Positions 12,141 to 22,493 of a stretch of DNA of 64,000 nucleotides are shown here, piece after piece. Position numbers and translations under genes: made by a program. Position 1 is the stretch's first letter; every line of letters starts with the position of its first letter. The notes below the pieces were generated by a model, which was given only the letters and a program-made list of their open reading frames with translations, was not told the DNA's origin and ran no database searches. The stretch is from Takakia lepidozioides (taxonomy: Eukaryota > Plantae > Bryophyta), in NCBI GenBank assembly GCA_030704615.1, contig CM060732.1, forward strand, positions 70,432,001 through 70,496,000. The letters are read 5' to 3'.

Positions 12141-13510
12141 TCTGGTATGGGATATTGGACAAGGAGCTGAGGAGAAGGGTGCGGGATGCAACTCTCCTAC
12201 AAGCGGACCAACCCACCTTAGCAAATGTGTTTTTGCTGGCAGAGCGGATAGAGCTCAACATGGTGGAGGAACGAGTGGTCATGGTGGGATTTGCTAAGGA
12301 GACACCACGGGATAGTGGTGCTCCTAGCCAACCACTACCTCAATGTGCTCAAGGCAACAAGGGGGCTCAGGTGAAGCTTACGGAAGGGCAGAGAGGACCT
12401 CAGATGCAGGGGTCTCTCCCTTCATTTGCTGGCCAACAACGGGCGGATGTGGTGTGCTGGACATGTGGAGGACCCCATGTCAAGAAGGATTGCCCAGAGG
12501 GAGGCAAAGGGCCGGCACATGCACAGCCTGCACAGTTGCAGTGTGGGCATTGTGGCAAGCACGGGCATGGAGAGGCCCAGTGTTATGGTTTGCATCCTGA
12601 GTTGCGCCCAGGCCAGGTCCAATGGAACAATGGTGGCCGGAGGCGAGGTGGAGCAGCTCAGAGAGGACGAGGTGGCTAGCCACGAGGTGAAGGCTAAGGG
12701 CAAGTTCAACATGGCCAAGGACGCGGAGGTCAGGGTGTTGACCAAGGCATGGCCAACCGGATTCAGCAGCTAGAGCAGAGGCTCGCTGCCATGACTACAG
12801 CTCAGGTGGTACCGGCTCTAAGGCTGGATCGTCCACCTCTTGCTCCTGAGGGAGGAGATATGGGAGGCATGGGATTCATGTGTGGAGCAGCACTACCACT
12901 AGTGCAGGTGGAGTCTGCCGCAGCCGTGACTCGAGGAGCAGCACGAGTTCCTGAGCCACGAGGTACAGAGGTGGAGTTGGATCCACAGCGTGGGGAGGCA
13001 AGCCGTCAGGCTAGGCTTCCTCAGTCATTCACATTGGCGGAGACAGTGTCGACGCCATCCATGGCACCTAGTTCTCGCCCGACTGTTACCGAGGCGGAGG
13101 TTACTATGCCATTGCGGAGAGCTACACGGGTAGCACCACTACCTAGTGTTGCCAAGGCTACGGCAGCTAGTGTGCTACTAGGAGCGGCCACATCTGTGTG
13201 CCAGGCTCCTCGGCTACCATGATTGCAACGCCGGGGGTAAGACCAGCTGAGGTGTTCAGGCTGGCAGCTACACTCTGTGAGAGTGGGGAGGTTACTTCAT
13301 CTTCTGAGGAAATAGTGGGAGGTGTAGTGCCGGAGGGATCCTCGGATTTGAGGGTCAAGACTGCCACGGCGGCGCCATGGCAAGCTGCAGCTGCCAAGGT
13401 TGATGGAGCTGCCAGCTAGGCCAGCCATTGAGCGCGCCATGGTGACACCTGAAGTTGTCATGTTAGACAACCAGGATGGCATTTTCTGTTTGAGTGGACC
13501 GGCAGGCAAG
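12141..13510 (+). pseudogene. Second copy of DNMT-Gypsy gag C-terminal region (12141-13106 duplicates 4612-5578), continuing into the linker
   Basis: Near-identical sequence and translation (WYGILDKELRRRVRD...CWTCGGPH...CGHCGKHGH). It runs uninterrupted past the site where copy 1 is broken by the LTR. Confidence 0.9.
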
Positions 13511-13519
13511 AGGTAACGG

Positions 13520-13900
13520 CCACTGCGGGTCTTGTTGGACTCAGGAGCTCAGCCATTGATGTTGGGCAGAGCTGCTATTGCAGGCTTGGGCCTCACGGAG
13601 GCGGATATGGAGCCTTGTCCTTTCCAGATACAGACATCTCTGGGAGGATCGGAGCAGGCTCAGGGCATGACACGACGTGAGTTGGCTATCAGACTATGGC
13701 CGGATCACCCTACAGATGGCTCAGTGATGCGAGCCAAGGCCATTGTGACAGATGCGGTCTCATACGATGTCCTGGTTGGTGGGGCAGTGTTGTACCCCCT
13801 GGGCTTCACCCTGGATTTTTGGGAGGAGTCAGCTTCATATAGGCCTGCATGGCAGTCAGGGGAGGGCCGGCGTGTGCAGCTCCCTGTGACGTTCATAGGA
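13520..13900 (+). pseudogene. Retropepsin-type aspartic protease of the DNMT-Gypsy element
   Basis: VLLDSGAQPLMLG ... YDVLVGGAVL (D-S-G active site and hydrophobic-G motif). Confidence 0.8.
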
Positions 13901-14239
13901 AGAGTTGCGATTGCCCTGCGAGGCAAGATGCCAACACTAGCAGCATTCAGAGCGGCAGTGAATTGGCCTAGAGAGTTGCTTGAGGGCAATGCTCATTCAG
14001 AGGATGTGCCACCTCCGGGAGAGCAGGATGACATGTATGGTATGGCGGAGTTACCTACCATGGTTGCTCAGACTCCATTGTGGGGCACGAGCAAGGATTT
14101 GCAGCGGGATGCTGATCAACGGGTGCAACAAGCCTGGGTGGAGGCTTTTGTACCGTCAGGAGAGGAGGAGAGTGCGGGGATTGCACCAAGACCACCTCAG
14201 TTGTCTCCATTGGACACCACACCTATTGTGTGGCAGTAT

Positions 14240-15190
14240 CCGGATGAAGGCATTTGTTGTTTGGCGGGATCAGCACCGGATTGGCTGCTATGTTACAGGC
14301 AGGTGTACGAATTCGGCGTAACCTGTATGTGGAGAGGGATGAGACTGCACGACGCATTTCACTTTGCCATGTTGCTCAGTTGGTGCAGTGGTACCTTGAG
14401 TTGTTGTCGGTGTCTGCAATTCGTGGATATCAGCAGACATTTCGTTGCTGGGGGCGCAGGATTTGGAGCGGGTTGGCTCCATTGATCTGGTAGTGGCAGG
14501 TTGGCCTTACCAAGGGCATTCATCAGCCGGGCATGGCAATGGATTGCGAGATTCGAGGTCGGGTCTGTTTTGGGAGATGGTGCGGGTTTTGCGCCACTTG
14601 CAGCTTCATCAAGCTGTATCTCCAGCATACATCTTGGAGAATGTGCCACTGATGGGCGATTCTTGGGCCAGGGTGATGGCCAGTGTGCATCAAGTCCGGT
14701 CATGGCTTGGGTCAGCAATGTTGCTAGATGCAGCTACAGTGGGGTCACGGGCTCATCGTCCACGGCTATGGTGGACTAACTTGATGCCACCCGCACTGCT
14801 CAAGCGTGCATTTGATGGGGTGCAGCGGCCAGCACATCTCACAGTGGATAGCATTCTGGACACAGGGAGGCAGTCTCAGCGTGTGAGACACGATGACCGT
14901 TCGCCTTTGGCAGTGGTCAACAAGGTGGGTCAACCACGAGCAGCATTACCTACACTGCTCAGCTTCCCAGGATCGCATGCTTTCCGGGATAGTGGACCTG
15001 GCCTCCTGTGGGATGCTTAGTTGCAGCAGTTAGTGGAGCCTAATGCTGACGAGCGTGAGTGGGCAATGGGTTTTACCACTGGTACCACGGCGGTGTCGTC
15101 TCTTTCTGAGGCATCACGTCGTCAAGTGTTAGGGCAAGCAATGGATCTCAATTGCTTGACCTGGATTATCAGCTTGGCTCTGGCTGAGCA
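14240..15190 (+). pseudogene. C5 DNA cytosine methyltransferase catalytic domain (DNMT3-like) embedded in the retrotransposon polyprotein
   Basis: Motif I LFGGISTG; II YVERD; IV DLVVAGWP[Y]QGHS; V GLRDSRSGLF; VI YILENV; VIII DAATVGSRAHRPRLWWTNL; IX EREWAMGFTTGTT; X RRQVLGQAMD. Frameshifts near 14255 and 14445, a stop at 15018, and the catalytic Cys position is TAC (14508-14510). Confidence 0.92.
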
Positions 15191-15559
15191 ACGCAGAGTG
15201 CGGAGTACACTTCCCTCGATGGTCTCTCTGCCTACCGAGACGGTACAGGCAGTGAGTGGGGGCGAGCATGTGAGGACCAGGGGGTGCATGCATCCATGGC
15301 ACACGTGGGAGGTGCTCGAGGTTCAGAGGGAGTTGGCAGCCAAGGCGGCTGTGATGGATGAGGTTGGGGATTCTTCTCGGATTGAGGAGGTCCTCAAGGA
15401 TGAGATGATGGGGTAGGATGAGGCCTTGTCATTGACTGAGTAGGCAGGGAGTACTGCTCAAGAGGTTGCAACATAGCAACCACTGGACGTTACGGAGGAC
15501 AATTGGGAGCCTGACATTGGACCCATTGTCACCGGAGGAGAGAGACGACGTATACGGCG

Positions 15560-16960
15560 GTTCCTGAGGGCTTACAAGAATTGCTTTGCTTTCAGTTTGA
15601 AGGACTTGGGAGCACTGAAGGGTCAAGAGATCCGTATTGAGTTGGTCACTGACACGCCAATCTTTCGGAGACCCTATAGATACAGTGACATGGGAGAGGT
15701 CTTTGATTCAGATGAGGACTCAAGATCTCTAAGAGGCAGGTTTGGTGGAGCTCTCTGGTGGAGAGTATGCTTCAGCCACAATGATGCCAGGCAAGAAGGA
15801 TGTCTATGGCAATTGGACGGAGAGACGTATGTGCGGTGATTACCGGCCTATAAATCGTCAGACCAAGTCCGATAAGTATGCCATGCCAACACCAGAGGAG
15901 ATCTTTGATGCCATCGGGCATGCTAAGGCCTTTAGCACTTTGGATTTACGATCCGGATATCACCAGTTGCCAATCAAGGAGGCGGACAAGCAGAAGACGA
16001 CATTCTGGGGGATCAATGAGCACGGCAAGGATTGCCTATATCAGTGGCGGTTCTTACCATTTGGGCTTAAGAATGCTCCTGCAGAGTTTCAGAGAGTCAT
16101 GGATAGGATTCTAGCAGGGGTGGACTTTGCTCGGTGCTACATAGATGACATCATCATCTTTAGTTTTACAATGGAGGAGCATGAGAGACACCTTTAGGTG
16201 GTATTGGAGCGCTTGAGAGCGCACGGATTGAAGTTGCATTCGGGGAAGTGCAAGTTTTTCCACAACCAGATTGAGTATCTGGGTCACATGATATATCCTG
16301 GAGGATTGGGGGTACAGCAGACTAAGGTAGAGGCCATTGCACAAATTCCACGCCCCACGGATGTGAGCCGAGTTCGAGCTTTCATGGGGTTGGCAAACTA
16401 TTATAGACGGTTTGTCAAGGGATTTAGTACCATTGCAAAGGCTCTAACCAAGCTGACCAAGGTGGACCAGGAGTGACAGTGGGAAGATGAGCAGGAACGA
16501 GCTTTTCAAGACTCAAGGCGAGGTTGACCTCGGCGCCTATCCTGAGACGACCCTTTCAGTTGCATACGGATTGGAGCATGCTGGAGCGGTGCTCACACAG
16601 GTGGATGATGAGGGGAGAGAGTTCGTAGTGGCTTATGCTAGCCGCTCGAGCAACGCTGCAGAGGCTAAGTACAGCTCATATGAGGGAGAGTGCTTAGCTG
16701 CAGTGTGGGCCGTGACACACTTCAGGTGCTATCTATACGGCAATCTTTTCACCCTTGTCACAGATCACCAGCCACTCAAGTGGTTGATGGAGTCAGACAA
16801 GCTTACGGGGAAGCTTGCACGGTGGGCCTTCATACTCCAGGAGTATGACTTTCAGGTTTTGCATCGACCGGGTTTGGTCAATCGGGATGCGGATGGATTG
16901 AGTCGCAATCCATGCATGAGCCAGCAGGATGACACCGGAGCTCGGTGGCATGATGAGACG
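15560..16960 (+). pseudogene. Reverse transcriptase and RNase H of the DNMT-Gypsy element
   Basis: RRPYR; RMCGDYRPIN; [10 protein letters not shown]; LPFGLKNAP; YIDD; FMGLANYYRRFV; GAVLTQ..VVAYASR..YSSYEGECLAAVW..TDHQPL..ADGLSR. Stops at 16195 and 16474. Confidence 0.93.
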
Positions 16961-17239
16961 GACGAGGAGATGGTGCCGGAATGGCACGCATCTCTATTTT
17001 TGTGTATCTTGGCATCGGGAGGTCAGGTTGGACCTACAACAGGGATGACTGTAGACGGAGTGTCTGAGGATCCTAAGGCTAGTGATGAGCCGGGTGGTGC
17101 CAGAGATATACATGAGGATTCGGCTTTGTTGGACTACCTCCGCACGGGAGACACGGCAGCCACTGTGACTGCCAGGGAGAGGGATCGGATCCTGCAATGA
17201 GCCAAGAGGTTCAAGTGGGAGGGGATACACCTACTTCGA

Positions 17240-18550
17240 GTGTGGGAGGATGGTCGGGTGAGGATTGTGCCTCACCCCACACAGCGTGCACGGTTAGTGC
17301 GGCATGCCCATGAGGAGTTGGGGCATTTTGGAGTGCGACGCACTCACAGTTTACTGCAGGGGCAGTATTGGTGGCGTGGTATGCATACAGAGGTGCAACA
17401 GTTCGTGGCTAGGTGCATGGTGTGTGACAAGGTGCGTGCTTCATTCAACGACCCTACACCACAGTTGCATCCTTTACCAATCATGGGATTGAGCTATAGG
17501 TGGAGTCTTGACTTCGCAGGACCGTTGCCACTGACTATGCGCCACCACAGATATGTGTTGGTGATGGTGGAGCACTTCTCCAAGTGGATTGAGTTGGTTC
17601 CATTGCTTGACAAGGCTAGTGAGGGGGCTGCGTATGCATTCTTGGATCGTGTGCTTAGCCGATTTGGTGCTCTAGCTGAGGTACTCACGGACCAAGGGAG
17701 AGAGTTCTTGGGGGAGATTCAGGCTTTGTGTGATAAAGCCTTGATAGACCACCGCACCACTTCTCGGGATCATCCTGAGGCCGATGGCTTAGCAGAGAGA
17801 GTTGTTCAGACGATGAAGAGGGGTTTGCGCAAGTATGGCTTGCAGAAGGGACACCTAGGAGATTGGGATCTTCAGGTTCTTTGGTTAGTCATGGGCTACA
17901 GGTTCAGCAAACAAGCATCACTTGCCTCCTTCTCACCATATTTCCTTCTCTTTGGCCGAGAGTCGGATTTGCCTGCAGCCATTCGTAGGGACACTGCTCA
18001 AGTCCTTAACCTTGACGATCCGGACATGTGGGTACATGCATGTGATCAGCGTGCAGAGTTATTCAAGAAAGTCATGCCCATGGCTTTTGATAACCTTGCC
18101 ATTGCACAGCACCGTGATACGTTGAGGTATGCCACTATACGTGGTGGAGGATATCGTCCTGGGGTTCGGAGGTTTAGCCCTGGTGACTATGTTTATTTGC
18201 AGCAGACTGCTCCTACGACTCTGGACGTTACTGCAGGGCATGTTATTCTGAGGGTTCGAGAGGTGTTGCCCTCAGGGGTCCTGATCTTGGAGGGTCGGGA
18301 TGGCATGACTTGGAAGGACCATATGCGTAATTGTGCGCCATGTCACCTTCCCAATGTCGTTGGCAGAGTTGACCCAAACTTGGCAGTGGTACCTGCAGGT
18401 TTGAGGTGCATGCTCTGTGGGTCTGCCAAAGGGGCAGCCACCATGCTGGTGTGTGATCGATGCTCAAGGGGTTGGCATATGGGATGCTTGACACCACCTC
18501 TTGAGAAGGTTCCTGACGGAGATTGGTTGTGTCCACACTGCTTGGGATAG
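17240..18550 (+). CDS. Integrase (HHCC + DDE) with C-terminal PHD finger, last segment of the DNMT-Gypsy polyprotein
   Basis: HEELGH...CMVC; WSLDFAGP; TDQGREF; AERVVQ; then C4HC3 CMLC..CDRC..WHMGC..WLCPHC (18407-18541) before TAG. The frame is open, but it belongs to a broken polyprotein. Confidence 0.9.
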   Translation: MWEDGRVRIVPHPTQRARLVRHAHEELGHFGVRRTHSLLQGQYWWRGMHTEVQQFVARCMVCDKVRASFNDPTPQLHPLPIMGLSYRWSLDFAGPLPLTMRHHRYVLVMVEHFSKWIELVPLLDKASEGAAYAFLDRVLSRFGALAEVLTDQGREFLGEIQALCDKALIDHRTTSRDHPEADGLAERVVQTMKRGLRKYGLQKGHLGDWDLQVLWLVMGYRFSKQASLASFSPYFLLFGRESDLPAAIRRDTAQVLNLDDPDMWVHACDQRAELFKKVMPMAFDNLAIAQHRDTLRYATIRGGGYRPGVRRFSPGDYVYLQQTAPTTLDVTAGHVILRVREVLPSGVLILEGRDGMTWKDHMRNCAPCHLPNVVGRVDPNLAVVPAGLRCMLCGSAKGAATMLVCDRCSRGWHMGCLTPPLEKVPDGDWLCPHCLG

Positions 18551-19179
18551 TGGCAGTGGACATGACTGGAGGCAGCTAACAAGACATGGGAGGCCAAGCT
18601 CATAGGAGTCAATACATGAGATCCCAAGTTTAAGTTCACAGGTTGCAAGACGGCAACTAACGATGGGGCAACTCTTGCACCCGGCCTCTTGATCTATCGA
18701 GTTTGAGTGTAGTAGGGATAGTGGTGGAGGACTTAGTGAGGCTATGGTCAGTCATCTTTCTCAAGTAAGAATCATAAAGCCATGCGGCACCGCTTCCCTT
18801 CACCTGTACTTGCACAACACACCACGTGGTCTCCCCTGTAACTTAATCTTTCTGAAACAGATCATCATAAAGAAAGAGGCAGCACCGCCTGCAGCCGCAC
18901 ATCCTACCAAGCATCGCCCCTTAACTGACTGCTGCACCGCATGCCACGATGTTCTCCCCGTAAGGTAATCTCCCAGAATTCGATCATTACCAAGAAGATG
19001 GCGGTACCATTAACACAGAGCTGAATTTGCTCTTTGTGTCCCTGCCTATTCTCCCTGCTCATTCCATTGCCCGCAGCAAAATCCACTGAGTGTTTTCCTC
19101 CCTACGCTCCCTGCTACACACACTCTTGCTCGTTCTTCTGCTCATAGCACCCCGTAGGGCATTCCCTGCCATCGCGCAC

Positions 19180-19760
19180 AAATGAAGTTTATTCATCTCC
19201 TGGATGAAAAACACACCTGGCCATACGTTCATCCTCATGGATGATAAATCATGGATGGATGAAAATCGCAGGTACTTAGGCTATATCCTGTCGAGCGTGC
19301 CAACGTTCCCATGATGTTCCTAGAACATGGATGAACTTCATTCATCCGGTGGATGAAAAATCCATTGTTTCATAGCTTACCCACTTCCATCCAGGCGAAA
19401 ATCCTTTTCTCAACTCTTGAAATAACCTAGAAAGTATAGAAGTACTCCGCCATCGTTGGGATGATAGATCAGGGAGAAAATCTGTCCATTCAATGGATGA
19501 AATAAACTCACAGGGATAGCTCAACTTCCTTCCTACTAGTAATCAGAGCCCCTGTCTTGTAGAAATGCAGAATTTGAACAAGTAACAACAAAAATTTCAA
19601 TGTCACTCCCCTGCATTCACACTACACTGTGTTCACGGCTGAACGTGGGCAACCCTAAAGCAACTTTTTGAATTTTTGAATTTTTTGCACTTTGTGTCAT
19701 TCCATTGACACAAGTACTTCGTTAAAGATAGATGGATGAGGACATCCAATGGATGAACCC
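19180..19760. repeat. Cluster of (T)GGATGAA / TTCATCC short repeats in both orientations
   Basis: Roughly 10-15 GGATGA(A)/TCATCC motifs, including palindromic arrangements such as TTCATCCGGTGGATGAA. Confidence 0.7.
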
Positions 19761-20149
19761 ATTTATGTATATGCGTTAAGATGCCACGTGTAGTGATGTA
19801 GTCATATAAACAGAGCTGTGAAACCTCCTGTAGTCATCTAGTCATAAGCTTCTATGGCATGTCATCAATGTGTAGTACTGGTGTAGTCATTTAGTCATAA
19901 GCTTATATGGCACATGTCTGACGTGTATTATTGTGTATGACTACTAGTTATATAACCCAAGCTTATATTCATGGTCAACAATGTTTGACCGCGGCTCCTA
20001 GTCATGTAGTAAAACATATGACTGCATTAGATTAAAATATATTAAAATGCGCCCAACAATGGGTTTCATCACCTCGTAGTCACATGTATAGTCATGGTTA
20101 CCAAGGTTTATATCACCCGTAGTCATAAAAACGTTAATCTGTAGTAGTG

Positions 20150-21013
20150 GCTCTTACATTGTGGAACCTGTGGAAAGCTAGGTGTTCATTCGTTGAAGGG
20201 AAATCCCCCAGGGCAGGTCTATTGTCTTTTGCATTTACCAAGACATGCTTACTGAGGGGAGGAAAGCATGGGGCATTATGATTGCAGTTGTTTCCAGATC
20301 TTCAGAACAATGCAGGAGAAAGTTCTTCAATGATTTTCAGCAGTCCTAGGCTAAAAATGACATTCTTGGAACTAATGTTCCCAACGGGCGATTTTGTTGG
20401 CAAGTCTCTACTCCCACCGCATCCAAGATGTCCCCTGGTGAGGGAGATGATGGGGGCTTCAACTAGAGGCACAAGAAGGCCCGGGTTACTGAGTTTAGAA
20501 CCTAGCTGCATTTTTAGATAGCTTACACTGGCAATCTTTCAGGCTCTCTGTGTTTTCAGATGGTTTTCAATGGTAGTCTTTTTTGCCCTCTTTCATTCTT
20601 GTGTTGCATCCTTAGCTGGACTCATCCCAGCCCTCTGCTTCCCAGCAGCCTGCTGGGCACCTACTCACATTTACTCTTGTAAGGTAGCTTAGCTGAGAGC
20701 TCCCCGTTATATTCTCGTCACTTTCTCTTATGCTAGCACTGTCCTTTCTCTTTAGGCTTGGTACAATTTTCTACTTAGCAGCATTTTCTTTTAGGCTCTG
20801 ACCCTAGTTCATCTCACTATGCAACGTTTGTCTTCCTCATTGTCATGTTTTCTCTATCTCTTCAGATAGCTGATATGCTACGGTTATGGGGAAGTTCCCC
20901 CGCAATTAGCCTTTCCGGCCTCTCGGTGGTTATTTTTTCCACCTTTTTGTGAACCTTTACTTAAATTAATTTGATTAAGAGGGCCTCTGTCCCATTTCTT
21001 TATAAAAAAAAAA
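20150..21013 (+). mobile_element. 3' part of the interrupted L1-type LINE, ending in poly(A)
   Basis: Immediately after the CACTA end the frame reads ALTLWNLWKARCSF (W..WK.R motif). A T-rich 3' UTR follows, with an A-run at ~21004-21013. Confidence 0.65.
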
Positions 21014-21560
21014 GAATTCTAAAGGTAGGATGTTGGCTTCAGTTTACTTGGGCATTGCTCTGCACATGTTGCTCGCTGAGGGTTTCAGAATCCCTTGAGC
21101 ACTGCCTCTTGCAATACAACATACTTTCAAAAGTTTGGCCCAAAATTCACTGGATGCTCAGCCACTGGCATGACCGTGCCTCATTGACTCCAATCAACAT
21201 GCTACTGAACTACGATCCCATCTCCAAGCAACCTTTATCCCAATGTCTAGTTTTTGACATGATCAGGGCTGTCGGGCTCTGGCACATCTGGAAAACCAGA
21301 TGCGCATGGACCCTAGGAAATACTAACTCGACTGTCTCATTGATGCTTGCTTTGATCTTCTTTGACATCCAAACTGAATCTTGGAAGGCTTGGGCCAAAC
21401 TTTCTGCAGACATCTGCAAGCATTCAGAAGCTCAAAATCAGCTCCATAGCGCCTTCATCACCTCATGGGCAATGCATGGAATCGCATGCTCGAGCCCTTC
21501 ACCAACAACCTGCATTTGGAGCTCAATCCCTTAAGGATGGAGAAATTGCAACTCGTCACT
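21014..21560 (+). mobile_element. Second L1-type LINE ORF2 3' fragment
   Basis: C..C...ESLEHCLLQ...FDMIRAVGLWHIWKTRC in ORF 20971-21534. Confidence 0.7.
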
Positions 21561-21986
21561 GCCCTGAATCGCCAGACTTCGACCGCGACATCAATTGGAG
21601 ACACATCAAGGGCAAGAGATCGGTGAAGCTCAACTTTGACCATTGATCACGTCGCCTCTTTTCCCGGGCTCTCCAGAATGCTCTTCAGGGTCCTCAGTAG
21701 GCAGGCAGTTACGATTTTTCGTCCTTACTTTGTAGGGGTACGTCACAACACTTAGCTTTTTGCATTTAGGCATCATTGAACTGCATGGGGGTATGACCGA
21801 CTATTGTCACCCGTCCTCTCATCCCCGGACCCTTTTGGTCCTTGTCATGGCCGATTCGGCCGTCTCTCTTGCTTATGTCTCGGGCTCATCCCTCATCCCA
21901 TGGATGTGTATCATGCCTCATGGCATCAATGGGGTTATTTTCAGCAAGTTCTAATGTAATTTTCAGGATTGATGTTTTACAGTATA

Positions 21987-22493
21987 CTAGGGTAGCCTGT
22001 GCCGTTGGCCCAAGTGTCCAGTGTCATCTAAGTCCAAGTGCAATCCCCTATGTATTCATAGAATTTTTCATACGCAACTTTTCATAATGTGGAGCCCCAT
22101 CTAAGCCCAAGTGCAATCTCCCATGTAGAGGCCCAAGTACGACCTCTAGGATACACTCCAGAAAAAATCAATTTTATTTATTTCATGAAGTTTGGGAGAT
22201 CTCCATGTCATCGTTCCAACAAAGCCCACTTTGCTATTTTTCCAAATCTCCCACATGAAGGCCCAATCATTGCTCCAAGAAAGCCCACTTTGCTATTTTT
22301 CCCGAATTTCGAGAGACCAAAAGTACTTGAAATTCCATATCTCCCACTCCGCTGGTCCAAAAAACATGAGACCAAGCTGGTGCACCCTCCTCATCGAGGG
22401 CTTTCCAACGGCACCAAGCACGGGCCGCGGTTTGGGCGACGCTACAAAATAAACAAACAAACAAACAAACAAATGTCTAGCTTCATATATTGA
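21987..22493 (-). mobile_element. Non-autonomous Helitron
   Basis: On the minus strand it starts TC (22493) and ends CTAG (21987), sits between A and T, has an imperfect GC-rich hairpin just before CTAG, and carries an (AAAC)n microsatellite and internal duplications. Confidence 0.7.

Larger units (their letters stand above)
3743..18672 (+). mobile_element. Ty3/Gypsy LTR retrotransposon (non-chromovirus) encoding a C5 DNA methyltransferase and a C-terminal PHD finger; decayed, interrupted by a chromovirus
   Basis: Colinear Gag-PR-DNMT-RT-RH-INT-PHD fragments. Candidate 5' LTR end GCCGCAACA(3742). Hairpin GTTGC-N6-GCAAC plus a purine-rich tract ending at 18672, followed by TCTTGC. A matching LTR pair could not be resolved. 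Confidence 0.9.
774..20149. mobile_element. CACTA (EnSpm)-like DNA transposon shell, apparently non-autonomous, containing nested retroelements
   Basis: The right end ...AACGTTAATCTGTAGTAGTG(20149) reads CACTACTACAG... on the minus strand. Left end 774-794 matches the inner part of that TIR at 18/21 nt, but the terminal CACTACTA is missing. ATGACTAC/GTAGTCAT subterminal repeats are dense at ~790-1160 and ~19790-20130. No transposase or TSD is seen. Confidence 0.65.

Noticed and set aside
14240-15190. Host DNMT3/DRM gene or bacterial contaminant methyltransferase
   Set aside because: It is intronless, flanked seamlessly by protease and RT, and shares their decay pattern. The motif order is not permuted as in DRM.
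22089-22493. 134-aa ORF
   Set aside because: It lies entirely within the non-autonomous Helitron and includes the microsatellite.
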